The position numbers were made by a program, and so were the translations under genes. A DNA stretch of 64,000 nucleotides, taken from positions 4,487-68,486 of the forward strand of contig MFBU01000015.1 in NCBI GenBank assembly GCA_001775055.1, in the 5' to 3' direction. Below, one piece after another: positions 28,460 through 37,419 of the stretch. This DNA comes from Candidatus Curtissbacteria bacterium RIFCSPLOWO2_02_41_11. Its GTDB lineage: Bacteria; Patescibacteriota; Microgenomatia; Curtissbacterales; GWA2-41-24. Under the pieces are notes generated by a model, which had not been told where the DNA came from, did no database searches, and saw only the letters and a program-made list of their open reading frames with translations. Within the stretch, counting starts at the first letter, position 1. Each line of letters starts with the position of its first letter.

Positions 28460-29245
28460 TCAGACGACGACATGATTGGCTATTACCTTATATTTTAGAA
28501 AATTAGAAACCCTTTTGGCGAAAATTTTTGGATCTTTCGTTGTGTAAAAAATATCATTTAATCTTTCTTGTGAAAGTTGATCACTTCTGGTGAGTATCTC
28601 TTTAATACGTTTGGCTATTGCCTTGCCGGAATCAATAAGTACGATTTCCGAGGGGAGTTTTTTTGCGATTAAATTTTTTATAAGAGGATAATGGGTGCAA
28701 CCAAGAACAACAGTTTTAGCTTTGAATCTTTTTATTTTTTCTGTGTAGATTCCCAAAAGCTTATCGATTTCTTTATTGTTAGAAGCCTCAATTGCCGCCT
28801 CTAACCCTGGGCAATCAAGTTTCAAAACATTTTTGGGATTTGCGAATTCTTGAATTAGGCGATCAAGATAACTGCTTTCAGCGGTTGCTACAGTTGACAT
28901 AATTGCTACACGAATATTCTTGGATTTTTCAAATGCGGGTTTGACGGCGGGAACAACACCGATAGTTGCAATTTTAATTTTTTTTCTCAAAAATTCTAGT
29001 GCGGCAACAGAGGCCGTGTTGCAAGCAACAATTAATAATTTAATATTGTGCTTTCCTTGAAGAAACTTGCAAGCGTCGAGGGTATATTTCTTGATTTGAA
29101 AATTGGTTTTTTGCCCGAATGGATGATGAGCATAATCTGCAAAAATTATGAAATTTTCTTTGGGAAGGATTTTTTTTGTTTCTTTTAAAATAGAAAGTTG
29201 TCCGACACCAGAATCAAAAATTCCAATAGGACTATTATCGGCCAT
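28460..29245 (-). CDS. murI: glutamate racemase (ORF track starts at 29317; likely start MADNSPIGIFDSGVG)
   Basis: The motifs IFDSGVG and ACNTASV are present. Confidence 0.8.
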   Translation of the reverse strand: MADNSPIGIFDSGVGQLSILKETKKILPKENFIIFADYAHHPFGQKTNFQIKKYTLDACKFLQGKHNIKLLIVACNTASVAALEFLRKKIKIATIGVVPAVKPAFEKSKNIRVAIMSTVATAESSYLDRLIQEFANPKNVLKLDCPGLEAAIEASNNKEIDKLLGIYTEKIKRFKAKTVVLGCTHYPLIKNLIAKKLPSEIVLIDSGKAIAKRIKEILTRSDQLSQERLNDIFYTTKDPKIFAKRVSNFLKYKVIANHVVV

Positions 29246-29249
29246 TTCT

Positions 29250-30281
29250 CTAGAAAAATGAAAGCCAAAGGCCCAATACGGCAAGCATAACCTGGGCAAG
29301 CCAGAATCTAGAAACAATTTTTGCTTCCGGCCAACCCTTAAGTTGCAACCACAGATGAACCGGAGCTACTTCAAAAATTTTTCTGCCTCTGAGCTTTTTT
29401 GACAAAAGTTGCAGTAGTGATGAGGAAATCTCTACAACGAACATTCCCCCAATAATCGCCAAGGCTATTGGTTTACCTAAAAGTAAGCCAGACACGGCCA
29501 GCGTTGCTCCGAAGGACAAAGCTCCGACATCTCCAAGCCAAATTCTGGCTGGCCAAATATTAAAGTAGCAAAAAGCAATTAAGGCGCCGATCCATAAACC
29601 AATAAAAGTTGATAATGTCGTATCTAAAATAGAGCTAGACATAATCAGAAACGCCACTAGACAAATGACCAAAAGTCCGGATGCTAAGCCGTCAAGCCCA
29701 TCGGAAACATTAACCGCATTGGCAAAGGCTACAATCACAAACGCAGCAAATGGGATATAAAAATATCCAAGATTTACAACGTCAAAAAATCGCACATTAA
29801 CTATGTCTATACCCAACTGCCAAAAAAGCATAGCTGCGATAAGTGTGGCTAAAATCCACTGGGCTAAAAATTTATAGCGAAATCTCAAACCCCAGAATTT
29901 GGTTTTTTTAAAACCAAAAGTTTTGCGAAGATCATCATAAGCTCCCAAAAGACCAAAAGATAAAAATGTAAAAATTAAAATCTGGACCTCTTTTTTGTAG
30001 GGATAAATGGCTGTTCGTTCTATTCCAAGAGTAGGTATTAAATTTATTGCCAGAAGGTACAAAATCGTCACGACGAAAATAATCAAAGCACCGCCGCCAA
30101 CCGGCGTACCTATTTTATGAGCATGAAGCTTGTCGAAAATCGGTGTCCTGACTTCAAAAATATCGCGAGTTTTTTGTTTTTGGCGCTGAAATTTAATTTT
30201 ATAGAGAATATTGATAAAAGGGACTAAAAGGACGCTAATTACAAAAAAAGAAAGAAGGACTAGACCTAAGATTTGAACCAT
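29250..30281 (-). CDS. mraY: phospho-N-acetylmuramoyl-pentapeptide transferase
   Basis: It has 10 TM segments and the MraY motifs NAVNVSDGLDGLA and VGGGALIIF. Confidence 0.9.
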   Translation of the reverse strand: MVQILGLVLLSFFVISVLLVPFINILYKIKFQRQKQKTRDIFEVRTPIFDKLHAHKIGTPVGGGALIIFVVTILYLLAINLIPTLGIERTAIYPYKKEVQILIFTFLSFGLLGAYDDLRKTFGFKKTKFWGLRFRYKFLAQWILATLIAAMLFWQLGIDIVNVRFFDVVNLGYFYIPFAAFVIVAFANAVNVSDGLDGLASGLLVICLVAFLIMSSSILDTTLSTFIGLWIGALIAFCYFNIWPARIWLGDVGALSFGATLAVSGLLLGKPIALAIIGGMFVVEISSSLLQLLSKKLRGRKIFEVAPVHLWLQLKGWPEAKIVSRFWLAQVMLAVLGLWLSFF

Positions 30282-30369
30282 ATATTTTAAAGAGTACCAC
30301 AGCTTTTTTTTCTTTAGCCTTTGGTACTCATGGTACTATTGGTACACTTGATACTCCTTTTATTCTACC

Positions 30370-31572
30370 CTATTTCAGCTCGCCACAGTGATGACAGTTG
30401 ATTTTTGTTGATTTATGAAGAAGTCCATAGACAATTCTCTCCAAATGGGCATGCCGAGAACCTTTTACAAGAACTAAACTTTTGTGGGTCACTACCTTTT
30501 TGATTTCTTTAATGGCCTCGTTAGTCGTGACGACGTTAATTATTTTGCCACCAAACTTGTGCTTTCTGGCGCTTTTAGCAATTATCTGGGCCACTTTACC
30601 AACGGTGAATAGGTACTTAATTTTTGACTTGGCGACTTTGGCGCCTAATGATTGGTGTTGGCTTTTGGATAATGATCCTAAATCTTTCATTTCGCCAAAG
30701 ACAGCAACTTTTGGTCTTCGTTTGCCTAAGGCTAAAAGCGTGTTTATGGCTTCAATTGCTGCTTTTAGCGAAGCATTATAGGAATCATCAATGATACTGA
30801 TATTTTTGGTGACGATTAAGTTTAGGCGATGTTGGGGCGGTTTTGTTTGCGACAAACCCTTGGCAATTTGTTTGAGGGTTAAACCACAAATAATACCGCA
30901 AGTAGCGGCGGCATAGGCGGAAGTCAATTGATGCCTGCCAACAACTTTGGTAGAGACAGAAGCTTTTTGTCCATTGAAATGTAAACGGAATTTTGACCCT
31001 TTGAGATTTTGAGAATAATGGGAAATTTTAACCCCATCCTTAGCCTTTTGACCAAACCACCAAATGTGTGCTTTAGTCTTTGCTGCCATCTTATGGCAAT
31101 AGGTGTCGTCGATATTAAGAACTGCATGACCAGTTTTGGGCAAAGACTCAATAAGCTTTACCTTTTCCCGGAATACCCCGTTAACATCACCAAGGTATTT
31201 GGTGTGAGTGGGAGCAATCGCCGTCACGACTGCGATCTTTGGCTTAACCAACGATAAGTAATAATCCATATCGTGCGGATGCTCGACTCCATATTCCAAA
31301 ATCATTTTTTGATGCCAAGGCTTGGTAGCAAGGATTGTTTTGGGAATACGAAAGGTTGGATCAAGATTTTCGTCGCCAACAGCGACTTTATACTTTTGAG
31401 ACAGAACAGAGGCAATAGCGTTTTGAGTCAAGGTCTTGCCAACAGAGCCGGTAATACCGATAATTTCGATTTGAGGTAGTAACTTTAAATAATTCTTGGC
31501 CAAAATCGTTCTTGATAGGTGAAGTGGTTTTTTCCAACTTTTAACTTCGCGATAAACGTTTAAATTTAACAT
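30370..31572 (-). CDS. murF: Mur ligase, probable UDP-MurNAc-tripeptide--D-Ala-D-Ala ligase (short form, 400 aa)
   Basis: The P-loop is GITGSVGKT. It occupies the position upstream of mraY. Confidence 0.65.
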   Translation of the reverse strand: MLNLNVYREVKSWKKPLHLSRTILAKNYLKLLPQIEIIGITGSVGKTLTQNAIASVLSQKYKVAVGDENLDPTFRIPKTILATKPWHQKMILEYGVEHPHDMDYYLSLVKPKIAVVTAIAPTHTKYLGDVNGVFREKVKLIESLPKTGHAVLNIDDTYCHKMAAKTKAHIWWFGQKAKDGVKISHYSQNLKGSKFRLHFNGQKASVSTKVVGRHQLTSAYAAATCGIICGLTLKQIAKGLSQTKPPQHRLNLIVTKNISIIDDSYNASLKAAIEAINTLLALGKRRPKVAVFGEMKDLGSLSKSQHQSLGAKVAKSKIKYLFTVGKVAQIIAKSARKHKFGGKIINVVTTNEAIKEIKKVVTHKSLVLVKGSRHAHLERIVYGLLHKSTKINCHHCGELK

Positions 31573-31734
31573 GGAGTTTGTATTATAATTTCGAGCTGTG
31601 CGAGGAATTATATATCAGAGGAGCGCCATTGACATGAAGAACCGAAGGTTCTGTGCCAAGGCGACCTGCTGATATATCTCGCTTGCTATTAACAAATCAT
31701 ACTATGGGGTAAAGCAAATAGTCAAATTCAACTC

Positions 31735-31768
31735 CATCACATTTTCTGATATGTCAGAAATTGTGATG
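31735..31768. promoter_or_regulatory. palindromic operator, copy 3 (CATCACATTTTCTGATAT-G-TCAGAAATTGTGATG), best copy
   Basis: It has 15-bp arms with 1 mismatch. It lies 163-196 nt upstream of murF and 42 nt downstream of the alr stop. Confidence 0.5.
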
Positions 31769-31809
31769 TTTTTGAACCTATTTTTATTTTTCTAGAGAAT
31801 ATATGAAAC

Positions 31810-32946
31810 CTAAATCACTTCTCTTTTGAGGAAAGTCTCCGATAAATGAACTAAGAGTTCATAAGGAATTCTATCAACGATTCCGGAAGCATTGGCGATT
31901 GAGTTAGGATGGATGGGATTGTCAGAAAAAATGATTGCCTCTTGGCCAACCTGTGGATTTTTGATGGAAGATAAATCAACAGTTGTAATATTCATACTAA
32001 CATTACCAACGATTTGACACGGCTTGCCAGTAATTATCACAAATCCTTTGTTGGACAGATTTCGGTCAACACCATCATTGTAACCAATCGGGAGAACTCC
32101 TATTAACATTTCCCGATCGCAGATAAACGTCCCCGTATAACCGATTTTATCTCCCTTTTCAAGTCTTTTAATCTGAACTATTTTTGAAGTAACTTTTAAC
32201 ACTGGTTTGAGCTCTTGATGTTTACCAGTTAAATCGATACCATAAAGACCCAAACCAACTCTGGCCATATTGGAAATTTTAGAGATCTTAACTGCATCTT
32301 TGGCTAGTATTCCACCAGATGCCGCAAGGTGCAACCATTTCGGCTTAAAGCCAGCCTCTTTCAAGAGAGTATTAGCTTTTTGGAAATTGATAAGTTGCTT
32401 CTTTGAAAGTTCTTCTTTTAAGCTTTCCTGGTAGGCAATGTGGCTCATAAGTCCTGATACTTTGATATTTTTATAATCCCTTAGCTTTTCGATAAACCCT
32501 GGTAAATCTTGCATCATCACACCCAGACGATGCATACCGGTGTCAACCTTAATATGGATTTCGCAGCCTTTTTGATATCTATTAACTACTTCTAGTTGCT
32601 CGCTGTTAAAAACAGCGTAAGAAAAAGGTAGTTTTTTAACCCTAAGACTGGTAGGGTGAATATAACCCATGATCAGAATAGGACTCTTAATTTGTGCTTT
32701 TAAAAGCAAATATGCTTCATAAAGACTATCCACGCAAAACATCGGAGGACTTTGACTCTCAAGGAGTTTTGCAACTTGAACGATTCCATGACCATAGGCG
32801 TTACTTTTTAAAACAGGAGCAATTGCTAGGTTTTTTTGAAGTTTTGCCAAATATTGATAGTTTTGAATTAACCTTTTTTGAGCTATTAAAACTTTATTGA
32901 GAGGGATATACTCTTTGCCTAAAATTTTCCTGATTAACTTTATCAT
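31810..32946 (-). CDS. alr: alanine racemase
   Basis: The PLP-lysine box is AVLKSNAYGHG. It has the fold-type-III size of 378 aa. Confidence 0.8.
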   Translation of the reverse strand: MIKLIRKILGKEYIPLNKVLIAQKRLIQNYQYLAKLQKNLAIAPVLKSNAYGHGIVQVAKLLESQSPPMFCVDSLYEAYLLLKAQIKSPILIMGYIHPTSLRVKKLPFSYAVFNSEQLEVVNRYQKGCEIHIKVDTGMHRLGVMMQDLPGFIEKLRDYKNIKVSGLMSHIAYQESLKEELSKKQLINFQKANTLLKEAGFKPKWLHLAASGGILAKDAVKISKISNMARVGLGLYGIDLTGKHQELKPVLKVTSKIVQIKRLEKGDKIGYTGTFICDREMLIGVLPIGYNDGVDRNLSNKGFVIITGKPCQIVGNVSMNITTVDLSSIKNPQVGQEAIIFSDNPIHPNSIANASGIVDRIPYELLVHLSETFLKREVI

Positions 32947-33893
32947 TTTTGGAGGGCAAACATAACAATTTTATCCAATAACTTAGAGTAGGAAATTCCG
33001 ATTGAGGCGGCGGATTTAGGAAAAAGGGAAACTGGGGTTAGACCGGGAATAGTGTTAACCTCCAAAACATAGACATCATTATCTTTGGTAATCATGTCGA
33101 CCCTAGCAAAACCCCGGCAGCCAAGGGTTTGGTAGGCTAAAAGAGCTGTGTTTTGGGCTTTTTTGGTTAAGGACTTTCCGATTCTGGCCGGCACAATTTC
33201 ATCGCAGAGTTTCTCATCGTATTTAGCTTCGTAATCGAAATATTCTTTTTTAGGAACAATTTCGATCAAAGGCAGGGCTTGAGGACGATCATTGCCTAAG
33301 ATCGGACAAGTGATTTCAATACCGTCAATAAATTCCTCGACTAAAGTTAAGGGACTAAAACTAAAGGCTAAGTTTAAGGCTTTTTTCAAATGCTTCTTTT
33401 TGCTAACCTTGGTTGTGCCAACTGAAGATCCTTGATTGTGGGGTTTAACAAAAACGGGTGGTTTAAATTTATGCCAAATCGGTTTTAGTTGATCGTTCTT
33501 CTTTACAATAAGATGATTGGGTACTTTTAGACCTGCATGAGTAAATAATTTCCTTGAGGAAATTTTGTCCATACCTAAGGCTGAAGCTAAAACTTTCGAG
33601 CCGGTGTAAGGAACACAAATCAATTCCAAAAAACCTTGGATAGCCCCATCTTCTCCGTATGGACCATGCATGGCGATAAAAAACAATTGACAATTGACAA
33701 TTGACAATTGACTAAGAGGATATTTTTTATTATTTAACTGGAAAGAGATGCCGTCGTTGGAAATAATAATTGGTAAAACTTCATATTTATTGGGATCGAG
33801 ATTTTTAGCCACTTCCCTACCAGAAGCCAAAGATATTTCATGTTCGGCGGATTTACCACCCATAAGAACTGCCACTCTGATTTTTTTCTTCAT
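32943..33893 (-). CDS. ddl: D-alanine--D-alanine ligase
   Basis: It has an ATP-grasp fold with the EVNTIPG motif. It contains an in-frame heptamer-repeat tract. Confidence 0.85.
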   Translation of the reverse strand: MKKKIRVAVLMGGKSAEHEISLASGREVAKNLDPNKYEVLPIIISNDGISFQLNNKKYPLSQLSIVNCQLFFIAMHGPYGEDGAIQGFLELICVPYTGSKVLASALGMDKISSRKLFTHAGLKVPNHLIVKKNDQLKPIWHKFKPPVFVKPHNQGSSVGTTKVSKKKHLKKALNLAFSFSPLTLVEEFIDGIEITCPILGNDRPQALPLIEIVPKKEYFDYEAKYDEKLCDEIVPARIGKSLTKKAQNTALLAYQTLGCRGFARVDMITKDNDVYVLEVNTIPGLTPVSLFPKSAASIGISYSKLLDKIVMFALQK

Positions 33894-34999
33894 GAAACAA
33901 TTTTTTCCCAGCTAAATCCTTCTCTGCCGAAATGACCGTAGGAGGCAGTTTTTTGATAAATAGGTTTGCGAAGATCAAGACTTTTAATGATTCCCTCAAC
34001 TGAAAGTTCCAAAAGGCTCCAAGCAAAATTTTCTATTTTTGCCGGTGAAACATTATCTGTCCCAAAGGTTTCAATCGCTTGTGCCACAGGACAGGGTTTA
34101 CCGATAACAAATGCCAGTTGAACTTCACATCTGTCGGCTAATTTCTTAGCCACAATATTTTTGGCAATAAACCGGGCTGCATAAGCTGCCGACCTGTCAA
34201 CCTTGGTCGGGTCTTTGCCGGAAAAACAGCCTCCCCCGACTCTGGCCATCGAGCCATAAGTGTCAACAGCTACCTTTCTGCCAGTTACTCCAGTATCGGA
34301 AGCCGGACCGCCAATTGCCCACTTGCCAGTACCATTACAGATAGTATTCTGGTAAGCAATTGTGAAACCATATTTTTTAAGAGCTGGTCTGATAACTACT
34401 TCATAAATATCCCGAGAAACCTGATTTTCTGATACAGCCGGATCATGAGGAACAGCTACAATAACCTTAACTACCTTTTTGGGAAGACCATTTTGATACT
34501 CAACGGTGACTTCAGACTTACCATCAGGCCTTAGATAGGAAAGCCTTTTGCTTTCTCTGGCCTTGTCGATTTTTTTAACAATTTCATGGGCAAGGGTTAT
34601 TGGCATGGGCATAAGCTCGGGAGTCTCACGACAGGCATAACCAAACATCATCCCTTGGTCTCCAGCGCCACCTGTCTCTACTCCTTGGGCAATATCTGGT
34701 GATTGCTCATGGATAAATGTCATAACATCGATACTTCGCCAGTCAAAATGGTAAATTTTTTGATCATAACCAAGGCGTTGCACTACTTCTCTGGCTACTT
34801 TTTCAAAATTGACTTTAGCAGTAGTTTTTACTTCACCGGCCAGAACCAATTTGTTGGTAGTCACCAAAGTTTCTACAGCCACTCGACTGGTGGAATCTTG
34901 ACGAATACACTCATCCAAAATTGCATCGGAGATTTGGTCGCAAATTTTATCAGGATGGCTTGCGGAAACAGACTCCGAAGTAAAAAGTTTATAGGCCAT
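33890..34999 (-). CDS. metK: S-adenosylmethionine synthetase
   Basis: The MetK motifs are FTSESVSASHPDK, GAGDQG and GGGCFSGKD. Confidence 0.9.
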   Translation of the reverse strand: MAYKLFTSESVSASHPDKICDQISDAILDECIRQDSTSRVAVETLVTTNKLVLAGEVKTTAKVNFEKVAREVVQRLGYDQKIYHFDWRSIDVMTFIHEQSPDIAQGVETGGAGDQGMMFGYACRETPELMPMPITLAHEIVKKIDKARESKRLSYLRPDGKSEVTVEYQNGLPKKVVKVIVAVPHDPAVSENQVSRDIYEVVIRPALKKYGFTIAYQNTICNGTGKWAIGGPASDTGVTGRKVAVDTYGSMARVGGGCFSGKDPTKVDRSAAYAARFIAKNIVAKKLADRCEVQLAFVIGKPCPVAQAIETFGTDNVSPAKIENFAWSLLELSVEGIIKSLDLRKPIYQKTASYGHFGREGFSWEKIVS

Positions 35000-35011
35000 T
35001 ACTTGGCATTT

Positions 35012-36268
35012 CTAACTGATTTTTTTAATTTTAGCGCCCAAAGTGGACAAACGCTCGACTATATTTTCATAACCTCTTTCAATAAGTTCTGCCTTATCGA
35101 TCTGGCTTTTACCGAAAGCTGCCAAAGCGGCAATGACTAAGGCAATACCAGCACGAATGTCGGGGGTGTCAAGCCTTTGACCGCGAAGTTTAGACGGTCC
35201 GTAGACTAAGACCCGGTGAGGATCGGCAATAACCACCTTGGCACCCATTGAAAGCAGCTTATCAACAAAAAACATTCGCGATTCGTACATCCAATCGTGA
35301 AGAATAGTAGCACCCTCTCCCTGAGTAGCCAAAACAATCATGGGCGCTATCAGATCTGTTGGAAATCCCGGCCAAACATCGGTAACTACCTTTTCTTGTG
35401 CCTTAAGTTTTGCATCAGAAACTATTAAACTTTCTTTCTCGACTTTGTAATTTACGCCAAATCGAGAAAGAGTCATCAAAATCATATCCAAATCTTCCTT
35501 AATAATCGGCGAAATTTCGATAGTACCCGTAGTAACCGCCGCCAGAATTGCAAAAGTACCCACCTCGATATGATCTGGTCTAATTTGGTGAGTGGTTCCA
35601 AATAGTTTGTTAACACCCATAATTTTTAAGACATTGGTGCCGACTCCAGAAATATCGGCGCCCATTTTGATTAGAAATTGGCAAAGATCAACAACATGCG
35701 GTTCTGAAGCTGCTCTTTTAATGATTGTTTCTCCATGCGCCATGCTGGCAGTGATTACGGCATTTTCGGTTGCAGTAACCGAAGCCTCCTGTAAAAATAT
35801 TTCCGCACCGTTAAGTTTGGCAACATTGGCCATAAAGTAGTTATTTTTCTCCTCTATTTTTGCACCAAGCGCTTCAATTGCTTGAATATGGGAATCAAGC
35901 GGTCTTCTGCCAATAATATCTCCGCCCGGGTAACCCATTTTAATTCTACCCACCCGAGAAAGCAGCGGCCCCAAAAGAAGAACCGAAGCTCGCAGTTTCT
36001 CAGTTAAAAGAGGAGGGAAATCAGCCGCTTTGACTGTTTGACAATTGATGGTCAATTTGGGGGTACCAACGCCTGAAACTTTGGCGCCGCAGATTTCAAG
36101 CAATTTGGCCATAATAGCCACATCAGAAATATTGGGAACATTTTCCAAAACACAAGTATCCTCTGTTAAAAGGCAAGCGGCCATTATCGGTAAAACCGAA
36201 TTTTTATTGCCGGCGACTTTTATTTGGCCAGAAAGTTTCGCCCCTCCAGTAATTTCTAATTTAGCCAC
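35012..36268 (-). CDS. murA: UDP-N-acetylglucosamine 1-carboxyvinyltransferase (GTG start with AAGGAGA SD)
   Basis: It has the MurA fold and length of 418 aa, with the KLSGQIKVAGNKNSVLPIMAACLL motif. Confidence 0.9.
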   Translation of the reverse strand: MAKLEITGGAKLSGQIKVAGNKNSVLPIMAACLLTEDTCVLENVPNISDVAIMAKLLEICGAKVSGVGTPKLTINCQTVKAADFPPLLTEKLRASVLLLGPLLSRVGRIKMGYPGGDIIGRRPLDSHIQAIEALGAKIEEKNNYFMANVAKLNGAEIFLQEASVTATENAVITASMAHGETIIKRAASEPHVVDLCQFLIKMGADISGVGTNVLKIMGVNKLFGTTHQIRPDHIEVGTFAILAAVTTGTIEISPIIKEDLDMILMTLSRFGVNYKVEKESLIVSDAKLKAQEKVVTDVWPGFPTDLIAPMIVLATQGEGATILHDWMYESRMFFVDKLLSMGAKVVIADPHRVLVYGPSKLRGQRLDTPDIRAGIALVIAALAAFGKSQIDKAELIERGYENIVERLSTLGAKIKKIS

Positions 36269-36417
36269 TTGATCTCCTTCGGAGGAAATTCGAATATCGA
36301 AACTTCAGTTACTTGTATTTGCATAATTAGTATGAATTCGCATATTAGCATCGATACCAATATACTAATGGATACTGATACGAATCGATTCTTGTTTCGA
36401 GCTTCGGATTTAGAATA

Positions 36418-37419
36418 TTATTCATTGAAATCGCCTATATAGAATATTTCTTCTTTAAGGTTAAGACCGTAAGTGTTTTTAGCTTTTTCTTTGATTAGGT
36501 TTATTAATTCTAACACGTCTTGTGCTTTAGCTTCACCGGTATTAATAATAAAATTAGCATGACTCGCGGAAATTTGGGCATCACCAATTTTTGTCCCTTT
36601 AAGACCCAAGCTTTCAATAATGTAGCCAGTTGAGGTTGTCAAGCGAGGTGTAGCTAGACGTTTGGCGTCACTATCTGAAATATTGCGAAAGATACAACCC
36701 GAACAAGCCACGCCAATTGGTTGTTCTTGGTTGCGGCGTTTGACATTATCCATCGCTCTTTGCCAAAGATCTGCTTTATCACTGGCTGTATTAAGGCGGA
36801 ACACAGCCTCAAGAACAATCTCACCGGTTTTTTGAATTTTGGATGAGTCATAGGCAAAATTAAAATAGGCTTGATCGACATTTTTAAAGTCGCCCTTTTT
36901 CGGATTAAAAAGAGAGGCTGTGACCACTCTATCGCCGATAAATTCTCCTTTTTCAACTTCAAAATGGGCATTAATTTTAAGGCCTCCACCAATTGTTCCC
37001 GGTACTGAAAGTAAAAATTCTAAACCCGCCAAACCCTGATCGATGGTAAAACGTGCCAACTGATTCATTAAAGTCCCGGATGCTGCCCAAACTAAGGCGC
37101 TTTTAATGCCCCGACCGTGCTTATTGATGGTACCTTTAACGCCAACTAGCTTAATTGCTTCTGCCCGATTTTTGATAACAAAACCATCAAAACCTTTGTC
37201 AGAAACTAAAACATTGGCTCCTCCGCCTAAGACCACAAAAGGAATTTTGTACAGATGCGCAGTTTCAAGAGCAAGTTTTAAATCGTCCACACTTTTTGCT
37301 TCGAAGAAAAGCTTGGCTGGTCCGCCGATTTTAAAGTAGGTATGTTTTTTTAAGGGCTCGTTTTCATAAACGCGAAGCGGGCCTAAAACTTCTTTAATTT
37401 GATCAAGACTTTGAATCAT
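36418..37419 (-). CDS. murB: UDP-N-acetylenolpyruvoylglucosamine reductase
   Basis: It has an FAD-binding N-terminus (FKIGGPAKLF, VLGGGANVL) and a MurB C-terminus. Confidence 0.8.
   Translation of the reverse strand: MIQSLDQIKEVLGPLRVYENEPLKKHTYFKIGGPAKLFFEAKSVDDLKLALETAHLYKIPFVVLGGGANVLVSDKGFDGFVIKNRAEAIKLVGVKGTINKHGRGIKSALVWAASGTLMNQLARFTIDQGLAGLEFLLSVPGTIGGGLKINAHFEVEKGEFIGDRVVTASLFNPKKGDFKNVDQAYFNFAYDSSKIQKTGEIVLEAVFRLNTASDKADLWQRAMDNVKRRNQEQPIGVACSGCIFRNISDSDAKRLATPRLTTSTGYIIESLGLKGTKIGDAQISASHANFIINTGEAKAQDVLELINLIKEKAKNTYGLNLKEEIFYIGDFNE

Noticed and set aside
31735-31768. The 33-bp palindromes acting as Rho-independent terminators
   Set aside because: No U-run follows on the coding (minus) strand at any copy. 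Two copies overlap gene start regions. Operator function fits better.
36269-36300. CTCC-GAAG-GGAG hairpin sequestering the murA SD
   Set aside because: The stem is only 4 bp, too weak to call a regulatory structure.
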